NCBI GenBank assembly: GCA_963664015.2
Contig: CAXXLF010000001.1
Span: forward strand, 544,001 to 608,000
Source: Candidatus Binatia bacterium
GTDB taxonomy: Bacteria > Desulfobacterota > Binatia > UBA9968 > CAXXLF01
DNA: 64,000 bases
Direction of reading: 5' to 3'
A program made the position numbers and the translations under genes. The number at the start of each line of letters is the position of its first letter. Within the stretch, counting starts at the first letter, position 1. Below are positions 19,742 through 30,592 of the stretch, piece by piece. Below the pieces are notes generated by a model, which saw nothing but the letters and a program-made list of their open reading frames with translations, did no database searches and had not been told where the DNA came from.

Positions 19742-20746
19742 ATGGCAAAGGACCTTGAACGGCTATACTGCGCCGTTGCTATTCCCTATAAGCCGGGAAC
19801 CTTTGACGTCGACGAGGACGGACTCAAGCGTTTTTTACGCTACTTCATGCAGCCCAAGTTCGTTGACGCCGGCGGCGGTATCGTTATCAATCCAGAGGCC
19901 GGTGAAGTCTTCTATCTCTCCCGTGAGGAAAAGCGACGAATCGTGGAAATCGCCGTAGAAGAGTGTGGGGACAAAGTCCCGGTCTTCGCCGGTGTCATCT
20001 CCCCTACCACCAAAGAGACCGTCCAAGATGCAAGGGACGCCAAGGCAGCGGGAGCTGACGGCGTTTTTTTGATTCCTCCCATGGGTGCCATGGATGTGAC
20101 CGGCTCCTGGAACGCCGAACACTACCCAGAGGTCTGGGTCGACATGGCAAAAGAGGTCTGCGATGCCGTCAACCTGCCGGCAATCACTCATCCAGTCTCT
20201 TCGACGACACCCAAGTTCGGCCATGGCCTACCCCTTTCGGCAACCCTCAAGATGTGCACGGATATTCCCCAAATTATCGGCTGGAAAATGACCTATCCCT
20301 ACAACGGTTACCGCGTCATCGCCCGCGGACTGCGCGAGCTGCCCCGCCGTGTGGCCATTATGGCCGCATCGGCCGTCTGCTTTCATGAATTCTGGGCCAC
20401 GGGACAAGTGGACGGCACCGTCACCGGGTCTTTCAACTACGCCATGGAACCCATGATCGACCATATCGAGGCATGGCGTCGCGGGGATGTAGAACAAGCA
20501 CGCAAGATCTGGAATTCAGGGATGGCCGAGCTCCATGAATATGTCTACGGCTTTGGCGGTGACTACCGCCTGCACACCCGTTATAAAATAGCCTGCTGGC
20601 TGCGCGGTCTTATCCCTGAGCCGTTCATGCGTCCCCCAATGCCGAAGCCGAGGCCCGAGGAGATTCACAAACTCCGCCAGTTGCTTCAAAAATGCGGTCT
20701 CAACGTGATCGAAAACGGCGCTGTCGAACGCCTTCTGGCCGCCTGA
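19742..20746 (+). CDS. DapA/NanA-like class I aldolase family protein
   Basis: GGAGG RBS; GEVFYLSREEK, KVPVFAGV, GADGVFLIPP, candidate Schiff-base Lys in IIGWK, MRPP. Confidence 0.85.
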   Translation: MAKDLERLYCAVAIPYKPGTFDVDEDGLKRFLRYFMQPKFVDAGGGIVINPEAGEVFYLSREEKRRIVEIAVEECGDKVPVFAGVISPTTKETVQDARDAKAAGADGVFLIPPMGAMDVTGSWNAEHYPEVWVDMAKEVCDAVNLPAITHPVSSTTPKFGHGLPLSATLKMCTDIPQIIGWKMTYPYNGYRVIARGLRELPRRVAIMAASAVCFHEFWATGQVDGTVTGSFNYAMEPMIDHIEAWRRGDVEQARKIWNSGMAELHEYVYGFGGDYRLHTRYKIACWLRGLIPEPFMRPPMPKPRPEEIHKLRQLLQKCGLNVIENGAVERLLAA

Positions 20747-20836
20747 ACGGGACCCCTAAACGCCCGTCTTACCAGGCGTACAGGGTCAGCAGCATATTTC
20801 GTGAAAACTCATTAAGACCTTCTTGGAGAACCGTCC

Positions 20837-22102
20837 ATGTTACCGAAAGAGGAGAATCAACTTCTGACGCGAACCGGGCCGGGGACTCCCATGGGGCAGC
20901 TGATGCGCTGCTACTGGCTCCCTGCCCTACTCTCCGAGGAAATCCCCTCCCCCGATTGCCCACCCGTACAGGTCAGGTTGTTAGGCCAAGAGTTGGTCGC
21001 CTTTCGCAATACCGAAGGAAGAGTGGGCCTCCTCGACGAGCGCTGTTCCCACCGTGGCACCTCTCTCTTCTACGGTCGCAATGAGGAGTGCGGGCTGCGT
21101 TGTATCTACCATGGATGGAAATATGACGTCGACGGCAATGTCCTAGACACGCCGGCGGAGCCTTACAACAGCACGCTGAAAGACAAAGTCCACCACCCGG
21201 CGTATCCAACCCGGGAAGTTGCCGGGGTCGTCTTCGCGTATCTCGGCCCCAAGGACAAGATACCCCTGTTTCCCAAATACGAGTGGACCCTGCTGCCCAA
21301 AGACCAGGTTTACGTCAGCAAAGTCTTTCAAGAGTGCAATTACCTTCAAGGAGTAGAGGGCGAATGCGATTCGGCTCATCTTTCTTACCTCCACAGGGCC
21401 TTTACCAAGGCCAGCACCACTGGAGGAGACCCCAATTTATATCGCCAGGATGGGGCGCCGAGCGTCCAGCCGGTTCCCATGGACTTCGGACTGAGAATGA
21501 TTTCCCTTCGGGATGGAGGAGATGGAACCGGCTATCTCCGAGTCTCCAACTTTGTTATGCCCAACCAGGGATTTGTCCCCACAGGGGGCATTAAAGGCAA
21601 CAAGGAAGGTTACAGCATCCACACCTACGTCCCCGTGGATGACACCCATGTCTGGAGGTACATGATCAGCTTCAGAAGGAATCGGGCCATACGGGAAGAC
21701 GAGCGGATCTACCAGAAAGAGATTGGTCCGGGGTACAGAAAGATCCGTAACCTCCAAAACCACTTTCTCCAGGATCGGGAACAACAGAGAAAAGAGACCT
21801 TCATCGGTATTGGCACGAATTTCATGGTCCACGACGCATGTGCCACCGAGTCCATGGGCCCCATCTTCGACCGCTCGAGGGAAACTCTGGGAAAGAGCGA
21901 CACGGCGGTCATCGCCATGCGCCGATATCTGCTGAAAGCGGTCAAAAACCTTCAGGATGGCAAGGAGCCGCCACACATTGTCACAGATCCCCAAAAAAAC
22001 GACTTCCGCCACATCGTATGCCTCGCCCATATTCTGGAAGCCAAGACTTCCCCGGAGGGGTATATCGAAGAGTATATCAGTCAAGGTCCTCAGGCCGCTT
22101 GA
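20837..22102 (+). CDS. Rieske non-heme iron oxygenase, LigXa/phthalate 4,5-dioxygenase-like
   Basis: CSH...CIYHGW Rieske motif; EGECDSAHLSYLH iron site. Confidence 0.92.
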   Translation: MLPKEENQLLTRTGPGTPMGQLMRCYWLPALLSEEIPSPDCPPVQVRLLGQELVAFRNTEGRVGLLDERCSHRGTSLFYGRNEECGLRCIYHGWKYDVDGNVLDTPAEPYNSTLKDKVHHPAYPTREVAGVVFAYLGPKDKIPLFPKYEWTLLPKDQVYVSKVFQECNYLQGVEGECDSAHLSYLHRAFTKASTTGGDPNLYRQDGAPSVQPVPMDFGLRMISLRDGGDGTGYLRVSNFVMPNQGFVPTGGIKGNKEGYSIHTYVPVDDTHVWRYMISFRRNRAIREDERIYQKEIGPGYRKIRNLQNHFLQDREQQRKETFIGIGTNFMVHDACATESMGPIFDRSRETLGKSDTAVIAMRRYLLKAVKNLQDGKEPPHIVTDPQKNDFRHIVCLAHILEAKTSPEGYIEEYISQGPQAA

Positions 22103-22206
22103 CCGAAAGAGACTGCACGAGCGCGGTGATTTTCCCAGCGTTTCCTATTCCTAGTCTCTCATTTATATTGGCCATTTCCCGCACGGCACACAGCCATGGA
22201 CTGGCA

Positions 22207-22235
22207 TTGACGCCTTGAGCCCCTTTTGTTAATCT
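22207..22235 (+). promoter_or_regulatory. Sigma70 promoter of the second Rieske gene
   Basis: TTGACG, 17 nt spacer, TG-n-TAATCT. Confidence 0.5.
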
Positions 22236-22285
22236 TCGGGCGATAGGATCTAATCACTTTGATGAAAACCGTTTAGAGGAGAGCC

Positions 22286-23482
22286 ATGCTGACCAAAGAA
22301 CAGAACGATCTCTTGTGTAAAACGGACAGGGGAACGCCGGGCGGGGAGTGGATGCGGCGCTATTGGCAGCCAGTCGGACTTTCAAAAGAATTCACTCCCG
22401 GCGGCAAGCCCCAGCAGATCAAGATCATGGGAGAGGACCTGGTCCTCTTTCGCGATGACAAGGGCCGCCCCGGACTGCTCGGGCTCAACTGCTCCCACCG
22501 GCTCACCTCCCTCGCCTACGGCCGGGTAGAAGACGGCGGAATTCGTTGCCCGTTTCACGGATGGCTGTACGACGTCGAAGGGCGCTGTATCGAACAACCG
22601 GCGGAACCGGAGCCCTTTGGGGACAAAGTGTGTCACCTGGCTTACCCCTGCGAGGAGTTGGGCGGCTTGATCTTTGCCTACCTTGGGCCCGAAGACAAGA
22701 AACCCCTCTTGCCCCGTTATGAGATCCTCATTCGGGAGGACGGAACCCACAAAGTGGATTACTACAAAATCAACAGCAACTACCTGCAGAATGTCGAAGG
22801 GGCTGTGGACTCGGTCCACTTCTCGTACCTTCACATGGACAATTGGTCCAAGGTCAAACACCGGCTTAAGTCAATGCCGGCGCCCAAGCTGGAGATTCAA
22901 GAGATGGATTTCGGTATCTGGCAAAAATCGCTCTTGCCAGATATCAACCGGGAGATCATCGATCTGTGCTACGCCCACTTCTTCATGCCGGCGGGATTCG
23001 TGAGAATCCAAGGGAGCCCCAAGGACAGGACCCTGATTCAAATGTTTCAATCCTGGTATGTTCCCATAGACGACACCCACACCATCCGATTCCAGGCGGC
23101 ATTCTCCCCTCCCCACCCGGACGGTAAACCCTTCGAGTGGCCTAAGGACACCCACTACGACCCACCAGGCCCGGAGAATGACTATTATCGCCGTTACGAA
23201 GAGGCCGATACTATTTCCGGGATCCCCAACCGGACCACCGCTTCGGCGATTAAAGGGTTTCTCGTCCAGGACAGCATGGTCAACGAGAGCCAAGGCCTCA
23301 TCGCCAACCGAAGCCAAGAACACCTCGGTTTCCACGATAAAGTATTGATGATGCAAAGAGTAATGTGCCTGGTCGCCGTCGAAGACGTGCGCCAAGATCG
23401 TGATCCCAAGCACATCATTCGCGACCCTGAGAAAAACCAGATCGTCTATGTTCGGGGCGATGATACCACCGAATGCGTCTGA
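22286..23482 (+). CDS. Rieske non-heme iron oxygenase, LigXa/phthalate 4,5-dioxygenase-like
   Basis: CSH...CPFHGW; EGAVDSVHFSYLH; QDSMVNESQG. Confidence 0.92.
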   Translation: MLTKEQNDLLCKTDRGTPGGEWMRRYWQPVGLSKEFTPGGKPQQIKIMGEDLVLFRDDKGRPGLLGLNCSHRLTSLAYGRVEDGGIRCPFHGWLYDVEGRCIEQPAEPEPFGDKVCHLAYPCEELGGLIFAYLGPEDKKPLLPRYEILIREDGTHKVDYYKINSNYLQNVEGAVDSVHFSYLHMDNWSKVKHRLKSMPAPKLEIQEMDFGIWQKSLLPDINREIIDLCYAHFFMPAGFVRIQGSPKDRTLIQMFQSWYVPIDDTHTIRFQAAFSPPHPDGKPFEWPKDTHYDPPGPENDYYRRYEEADTISGIPNRTTASAIKGFLVQDSMVNESQGLIANRSQEHLGFHDKVLMMQRVMCLVAVEDVRQDRDPKHIIRDPEKNQIVYVRGDDTTECV

Positions 23483-23576
23483 TCGAGCAGACTAACATTA
23501 CCAGCTGGGCATCTCGGTAAGGGCACTTAAGACGAGGAACCCGGACTGGGAATAACGACGCCCAAGTTCTATAGTT

Positions 23577-23869
23577 TTATTTTAAACGGGCAAAGATTTT
23601 ATCCATCTCATCGGCCGAGAAGGCCCGCATGCATTGGGTGCGGATGTTGCCCTGAGCCCCACGCTTAAGGACCACGCGGCCATGGCCTCATCGCTTGGGG
23701 AATCGGCAACGAGGACGACATCGAAGCCCCCCATAGTCATGTATGCTTCCTTCACCGTAATTCCCAGCTTCTCCGCAGCGGCAAATGCATCCTTCCTCTG
23801 TTTAGGGATTTGTTTGACGTTACGCATTCCTTGATCCGTGTAGTTGATCAAGACGATGTGGGTTGCCAT
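23577..23869 (-). pseudogene. GYD-domain protein with a frameshift near the 3' end
   Basis: YTDQGMRN...MGGFDVV; the expected C-terminus QGNIRTQCMRAFSADEMDKIFARLK lies in another frame after a G run at about 23657-23660. Confidence 0.72.
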
Positions 23870-23926
23870 AAGGAAGCTCCTTTCTCCAAATGCTTCGAAC
23901 TTAGTCTAACCGGAAGAGTTTCCTCT

Positions 23927-24607
23927 TTAGCCCGTTTCAGGACTCTCCACCCCCTGGATGCACTGCATCAGATCGTTCCTCGGAGAATTGACCATGGACG
24001 ATACATAGGTGGACTCCATCCGATCCGCCGGGTAAGATCCCAACTTCGTAGTCAGCTCGAGGGTGTCTTTCAATCCAAGGTCGAGCCAGTCTTCCTCTGC
24101 GTCCCGGCGTAATATCACGGGCATCCGATCGTGAATTGGCTGGAGCAGCTCATTTGCCTGGGTCGTAATAATGGTAAAGGTCCTGAGCTCGTCCCCGTTG
24201 GGCTTCTTCCAACGATCCCACAGACCGGCAAAGGCAAAGGGCTCGCCGCCCTTCAGTGTGAACCGCATGGGGGCCTTGCCCCGTTTGAGCTTGGCCCATT
24301 CGTAAAAGCCATCGGCCAGGACCAGGCATCTCCTGGCGGGCAGTAGTCTCTTGAAGCTCGCCTTCTCGGCGAGAGTCTCCGCCCTGGCGTTGATCATCCT
24401 ATTTCCGATAGACGGGTCCTTCGCCCACGATGGCACCAACCCCCATTGGAACATCTGGAGGGTCTTACCATCCTCATTGACGATTACCGGGGCGATCTGA
24501 CCTGGCGCCATGTTGTAGCGAGGCTTGAGCAAGACCTCCTGGCTTTGGAAACCAAAGCGGAGCATCAAGGCCTCAGGACTGGCGGTTTGTGTGTAACGCC
24601 CGCACAT
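23927..24607 (-). CDS. SOS response-associated peptidase (SRAP/YedK-like abasic-site protein)
   Basis: MCGRY, INARAET, GFYEW, IHDRMP. Confidence 0.95.
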   Translation of the reverse strand: MCGRYTQTASPEALMLRFGFQSQEVLLKPRYNMAPGQIAPVIVNEDGKTLQMFQWGLVPSWAKDPSIGNRMINARAETLAEKASFKRLLPARRCLVLADGFYEWAKLKRGKAPMRFTLKGGEPFAFAGLWDRWKKPNGDELRTFTIITTQANELLQPIHDRMPVILRRDAEEDWLDLGLKDTLELTTKLGSYPADRMESTYVSSMVNSPRNDLMQCIQGVESPETG

Positions 24608-24799
24608 GGGTCCTCCGTGACGTGACTCGAAAGACTATACCTTAGATACGACTTCGAGATCCAACTCTATCCAACGGGTCTGCTACAAAAACCATTTTAT
24701 TAAAGGTACTACCCGCGCTTGCCCTCTCAATCCGTATTCTCCAAATCGCCAATACCTGTTACAGGCCCTAATTTAGAAGCTTCCGACTGATACCTCATT

Positions 24800-26343
24800 T
24801 TACCCGATCTGCTTGACTTGGCTATACCGTGCTAGTCTTTTGGATCCCGGAGCATGGGCGAGTTTTACCGGTGAGACCTCCTTCTTCCACAGCAACACCG
24901 TGGAACCGCCCGGGAGCTTGAGATCAGTCTTTACTGTACGGAAGGGTAGGCATCGCTCTGCCATCCAACCATCCATATGCATCCCGCATCGGTCAGGCCC
25001 AGGCGTTTTCCGGCGCCCTGTCTTGCCCAGCAACAGGTCCAAACCTAGGAGAATCTCCCGGTGGCGCGATTTATAGAAAAAGGGGTTGTGATGTCCTCAC
25101 AACCAACAAACACCATGGGTTTACCTTCCAGGCGAGCCACATAGTTAAACAGTTGGAAGTAAAACTGGGGGTGATTAACTAGCACCACGGTGCGAAGCGG
25201 AGGCGATCCGGTTGGTCCCAGATGCCAGATAATATTGACGATGTCGTGGGCCCTCCAGTTCCGCCTCTCCAGAGGTGGGTTATGAAAACTCGCACCCAAC
25301 ACCCTGTAGAAAGAAATCACAGTTCCCCGCAAGGACAACGAAAAAATTGACGACGGGACAAAGGAGATCAGGAGCATGACTGCAATAGGAAATGCAAAAT
25401 AAACGTAAGAACGCTTGCGCATCGACCCACTGCCTTTCATAACCAAGCCGATTGCCACCGCGATGCCCGGCAACGGCGGCAGAAAGTAACGTGGATCTCT
25501 TCCGACGGAAACGATAAACACTAACAAGGGGACAAAGACCCAAACGAGACAGGTGATTTTATCGTCACTCCAGGAACCTGGCCAGAGAGAGGACCCCCCA
25601 TGCCCTTTTCGCCAGAGGAGAGACCCCAAAACCACTACGTAATAGAGAGAGATTCCCGATGCCGCTAACCTCAAACGGAAAAACATCGGGCCACCATAAC
25701 CGTAAGGGGCCGCTTCGGTACCGAATCCGCTTTCCCGGAGGTCCCAGAGGACGCGATGCCAGTTCGGAAAATACCAGACGGAGACCAACCCTATTTCTGA
25801 CACGCCTGCCAATGCCAGCGCTGCAAATTTCCGTCTTTGGCATTTGCGTAAAGCCTAAAAAGCGACGATCAAACCGCAGGCTACACCGAGGGCGAGTCCC
25901 ACAAAGAGCCAGCCGTTTTCTTCGTTCCGTTGTCGCAAAAGAAGATACACACTCGCGGCAACCACCGTCGCTAAGGAGAATTCGACGAAGAATTGCCGCG
26001 ATAAACCACTCAGGAGCGGCATAGTGGCGACGAGCATTCGGCCGATCCCGTAAACGGCGAAAACCAAGATCGGGACAAACAAAAGAAGTACGAGATGGCC
26101 CACCTGCGACCCATCGCCAAGCAGACTGTACCGTGGCATGGGCACCAGAGAAAACAACGGGGGGCTCCCATAGCCGCTGCTAGACAAAAATACCGTCGCA
26201 GCGAAATCTGGGAGATCGCCTGAGCGAAAGGCATCTAGAAACATCAGGCTGGTAAGGAGATAGTCGCTCTGGTCCCAGGCAGGCGGAGGTCCAATTGAAA
26301 AACATTGAAAGATTTTAACAGTCGCTGACGCTATTAACCGCAA
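24800..26343 (-). pseudogene. Fragmented membrane glycosyltransferase (GT-C; ArnT/PMT-like)
   Basis: PPAWDQSDY, PPLFSL, WYFPN, DPRYFLP; three same-frame ORFs separated by TAG at 25855 and 25045. Confidence 0.65.
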
Positions 26344-26430
26344 ATAATTTACGAACCCCGATTGAATTAGGAACCGTCATTGGGGTTCTTTACAATGACA
26401 GCTTCGCCGCAGGAACAGCAGGTCCTTCCT

Positions 26431-27528
26431 CTAAAGACGATAGAATCGAGTTGGATTGTCTATGAGGATCTTGTTTTTTACTTCGTCGGACAGGTCCTCC
26501 TGCCCCATGAGGTCCGTAAGCAGGTTTGCCTCGGCCATGGGATCCTCGTGGGGGTAATCCGTCGCCAACATCAAACAATCGGATCCGATCCGCTTCATGA
26601 CATACGGAAGATCCTCATCGGGCTCGCAGCTAATATAGATCTGCCCTTCCCTGAAATAGTCCTCAAGGGGCTTCTTTGCCCGGCCTTCCCCCCCACGCCG
26701 TCTGCGGTTTCCGAAAGTCGTGGAATAGGAAATCCATTCACAACCAATTTCCAGGAATGAAACCCTCAAGCCCGGGAAGTCATCGAGCACCCCCCCGGCG
26801 GTCATGGAATTGAACGCCATCAACAAGGGGACCGAATTGGCCGATGCCGTGTAGCGGGTGTGCTCTCTGGAATCGAAAATACGGTTGATGGAAGGAGAGC
26901 CCCACCCAAGGTGGACGGAAACCGGGAAATCCTGTGCGGCGCACTCTTCATAAAATGGGAAGAATCGAAAGCTATCCAGCGGATGATCCCACACAAAGCT
27001 TAACAGGATCACGGTAACCGCTCCCTGAGCTTTGACCCGGCTGATTTCATCGGCCGCCCCACGGGCGTCTCGAATAGGAAGAACCGCAGCCCACCGGATT
27101 CTCCCTCCACTCTTTTTCGAGGCTGCTCCCATGAAATCGTTGTAGGCCTTGCATAGGGCCGTCTCGAAGGCTACGTCCTCACAGACGGGTGCGAGAAACA
27201 GGGTCGGAAACACCACCTGGGTCTCGATCCCCAAGGCGTCGAGATCCTTGAGACGCCCGGGAACATCGGTGAGAGTCTGAACGGGGACCCCCACCGCCTT
27301 GGATTCAGCCACCTCAGAGATCGGTGGCGTGCCAATGGTGAAATAAACACGGCCATTAATCTTTGGAAAAATCTCACCGTCAATCAGCCAGAAGGCATTG
27401 AACCTGCCGAACGAGGTATCGGTGGGAAGACGTATCGGGATCGGCCGGCGCGCGTTAAAAGCGGGGTCGAGTAGTTTCCACATCGCATCCGATTCTTCTA
27501 CATGGGCGTCAGCATCGATGAATTTCAT
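26431..27528 (-). CDS. Amidohydrolase_2 family protein
   Basis: IDADAHVEE, VSVH, FLEIGCEW, ATDYPHED. Confidence 0.9.
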   Translation of the reverse strand: MKFIDADAHVEESDAMWKLLDPAFNARRPIPIRLPTDTSFGRFNAFWLIDGEIFPKINGRVYFTIGTPPISEVAESKAVGVPVQTLTDVPGRLKDLDALGIETQVVFPTLFLAPVCEDVAFETALCKAYNDFMGAASKKSGGRIRWAAVLPIRDARGAADEISRVKAQGAVTVILLSFVWDHPLDSFRFFPFYEECAAQDFPVSVHLGWGSPSINRIFDSREHTRYTASANSVPLLMAFNSMTAGGVLDDFPGLRVSFLEIGCEWISYSTTFGNRRRRGGEGRAKKPLEDYFREGQIYISCEPDEDLPYVMKRIGSDCLMLATDYPHEDPMAEANLLTDLMGQEDLSDEVKNKILIDNPTRFYRL

Positions 27529-27578
27529 TTACTATCCCTTTCTCAATGAGGTGGTCTAAAAAGTCAAATATTGAATAG

Positions 27579-27668
27579 TGGTGCCGGGAGCCGGACTTGA
27601 ACCGGCACGGACATTTCGATCCCCGGGATTTTAAGTCCCGTGTGTCTACCAAGTTTCACCATCCCGGC
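27579..27668 (-). tRNA. tRNA-Leu(TAA)
   Basis: GCCGGGATGGTGAAACTTGGTAGACACACGGGACTTAAAATCCCG...GCCGGTTCAAGTCCGGCTCCCGGCACCA; long variable arm, encoded CCA. Confidence 0.96.
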
Positions 27669-27786
27669 ACAAAAGAAATCAATAGCTTGCAGAATTAGAA
27701 TCGTCAACCGGATTTTGTCCCGGTCATATCTTCAGGCCCGACTGGTTCCATGCCTGTCTTTCTTTAAAGAACTCGGGTTACTCCGC

Positions 27787-28536
27787 TCAATGGTTTATCT
27801 CCGCTCCCCTATCAGTCCCAGGCGAGGTAAATACTACTTCAACCATAGCGCTTTGGTCTGCTTGAACCACCACTTTTCTCGACATTCGCCCTAGCTTCTC
27901 ATGCCAGAACTCCAACTCGTAAACGCCCGCCGGCACGCCCCCTAAAGTAAATTGTCCCGTGCTATCTGTCACGGCAAAATAGCGGCTTGAGGTGACCACG
28001 ATGAATGCGCTCATCCACGTATGGAGGACCTCACACCCGATGGTTATAATTCCTGGAACCGTAAGCCTCTTCTTAACCTGCCGCCAACTGGGAAGACCGA
28101 CATTAAAAAGCGTCTCCGAATTCACACGGGCATGAACGTCATGGAGGATGGGGTCGCTATTGTGCAATAATATCTCGCTCCCTACTGAAACCGCCTGGAC
28201 ATGGGGGCTAAACTTGCAATCCTTATTGTCGAGAACGATGGTGTGAGATAGTTTTTCAATAACCTCATCTACCCCGCCAACGATAACAACCACATTTTCA
28301 ACGGCTCCATCGTCACCGACAAGAATACTCTCATCTTTGACGCTCGTGCCACAGAAGTGCCTATTTTTATAAACCGTGAGGGGCTCGGACCTCCTAACAT
28401 GGCCTTCTACGCGGACCTGGCCAACGATTGTGCCTGTTCTGGACCGGGTAGGAGCCAAGGACATGCCCTCAACAGGTTGGCAAAGTGCCGCGATCACACC
28501 CTGCATGAATAGTAGGGTAAGGAATCTAAATTTCAT
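27787..28536 (-). CDS. Secreted protein with cupredoxin-like and carboxypeptidase-regulatory-like domains
   Basis: Signal peptide; CKFSPHV, NSDPILHDVH, CEVLHTWM, GVYELEFWHEKLG. Confidence 0.75.
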   Translation of the reverse strand: MKFRFLTLLFMQGVIAALCQPVEGMSLAPTRSRTGTIVGQVRVEGHVRRSEPLTVYKNRHFCGTSVKDESILVGDDGAVENVVVIVGGVDEVIEKLSHTIVLDNKDCKFSPHVQAVSVGSEILLHNSDPILHDVHARVNSETLFNVGLPSWRQVKKRLTVPGIITIGCEVLHTWMSAFIVVTSSRYFAVTDSTGQFTLGGVPAGVYELEFWHEKLGRMSRKVVVQADQSAMVEVVFTSPGTDRGAEINH

Positions 28537-28848
28537 AGCGAAAATGGCACGTCGCTGATACCCCCCCTAACTCGTCTTTTCCAAGCCCCACCCCTCTCTT
28601 ATCTTCTTGGCCAAGGCTAGCATAGCGTAAAGGGTCCACAAACGAGAATAGTTTGACGGGAAAGGACTTTACGGTGGACTCGTCAATGGGAACTCTTCAT
28701 TAGATCCGCCCCAATCGCCCGGGGTAAATTTTCCGGTCACAAAAGGACTTTATAGCCTTCTGAACCCGGTCCCGAAGCCAACACCAAGGGCGGCAATCAG
28801 ATACAGCGCATAAGGTCATGAAAAAAAGAGAACGGCGCCAGAGGGGGA

Positions 28849-29046
28849 TCAACTCCATGCTCCCACGGCCCCCGCAATCCCCGTCAGGGTTCCCAGCACC
28901 GGAATGTATGCAAGGAAGAAAGCAACGGGGGCAGACACAATCCAATGCAGCCCCCACCAGGCCTGTATCCCTGTAACAATGGCAAAAAGCTGAACCAATC
29001 CAATCAGCAAATAGAGAGCCACGGCGACAGAAACGAGTACCCCCAT
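28849..29046 (-). CDS. Small hydrophobic membrane protein, possibly truncated
   Basis: AGGAGG RBS; strongly hydrophobic 65 aa. Confidence 0.6.
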   Translation of the reverse strand: MGVLVSVAVALYLLIGLVQLFAIVTGIQAWWGLHWIVSAPVAFFLAYIPVLGTLTGIAGAVGAWS

Positions 29047-29124
29047 AGATTTCCTCCTGGTACGAAAATGATAGAAAGAGTCTTAACCATCAACCGCGAC
29101 TTGGTCGCAAAGATGGCGGTCATC

Positions 29125-30000
29125 TTACAGCTCCCCGATCGGTTGCAGAATACCGCCACTCTTATCAATAAACGCCAACCCTTTATCGGTAGCCGTATGG
29201 GGATTAAACACAATACCCCACCCCCTGTATATGAGTCGGGCGCTCTTATCCATCCAGCTAAACTCCATCGGGGGATGTCTCTCTTCCGCACGAGAACCGT
29301 TCCTTCGGGCGCAAAACACTTCCGGTTCATCGATCAGCTTTGTCTACAGAATACTGTAGAACTCGCTGTTGGGTACACTGAGCACACCCCACTTAACACT
29401 GATGGGGACTTGCAGGTTTTTAATGATCGTGCGGCGGTTCAGCTCGAACTCGGAAATCCCCGTTAAGTACTCACCCCAGGCGCTCGGCTGACGCGACCTC
29501 AACCTCTCAACTCTCTCGCTTTCCCACCGCGTTGCCTCTTTCCCAAGGATCCCAATCGCCTCGAGTAGACTCACATATCGGGAACGCATTTGAAAGTGCC
29601 ACAACCTTGCGACCATGTTTTTCATGGATACGCCATACTTCACCAGTCTCCATCCACTATCGTTCCTCTGGAAAAAAGCACTCAACTCGTTGGGTTGGGT
29701 AAAGATCGGTCTGGTCTTGTGCGCCTTGCTGTTATCCGGATCGAGCCGAAACAGAGCACTGAAATGAACTTCGCGATTATGTTCATCTGCACGAAGAACG
29801 TCATTGATCTCGATGTCCACGAGAAAAGGATCCAGGACATCAGGAGCTATGGACCGGATGTGAGCCTCGATCAGACGTGCTGCCTCACGATGGCTCAAAG
29901 AATCGGCGCAAGAAGAGAGCCAGCAGGCAACAAACACGACCATCGCGCCACAGGCAATAGATTTTAGCCTCTTACCTGTCTCCTCCCCCATTAACCGCAT
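29125..30000 (-). pseudogene. Hypothetical lipoprotein interrupted by an in-frame TAG
   Basis: Lipobox-like LSSC; frame stays open past the TAG at 29344-29346 to 29125. Confidence 0.5.
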
Positions 30001-30592
30001 CCTTATGGTGCTCTTCTAAGGCGGGTACGAATTGGGGGAACTCGGCCTAGCAGGTCACGTCCTCCCCTTTTTGTACCCCTCCCCTTTTACAATGATAATA
30101 CAAATGCAGTTAAATTTCTCATTGGGCTTTGTTGCCAAGCGGATCTGGTCTTATGGGGTAAGCCGGGCAATCCTAGTCAAAATACGCACGTGGCTCCTTG
30201 CAGCAGGAATCCAGGCTTGGCGCCACTCCGTAAGGACGTGTAAGATTATTTCGCCAACTACGCTCACGGTTGAACGGTAAAAGATGCTGGGGCTCTCCAA
30301 TCGATAATCCACGCCAAAAAGAGGAAGTCCTGAAGTGGGCCTGCACCGGGGCACCGAACCAATCGTTAATATTGCAATCTGAATCCTTACTCTCCAATTT
30401 GCAAGCATATCTTTAGAATTACCAATCGGCCCCTCGTCCCGATCATCATGATATTACTGGATAAATCAATAGCAAATTAACAATCGAATTCTTTAATTGT
30501 GAAGCCAAATAAATCTTGCATGGGGGTGAAAAATACGTTAAAACTCATAGGTTAAGAGTTTCAAGAGCCTGACGAAGGAGGGTTTAGTAATA

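Noticed and set aside
9916-27668. Integrative island anchored at tRNA-Leu
   Set aside because: No integrase and no duplicated tRNA 3' end found; only a 9-bp chance match near 11082
30001-30590. Possible small gene or ncRNA upstream of the alanine-zipper lipoprotein
   Set aside because: Three short overlapping ORFs without motifs and no convincing structure
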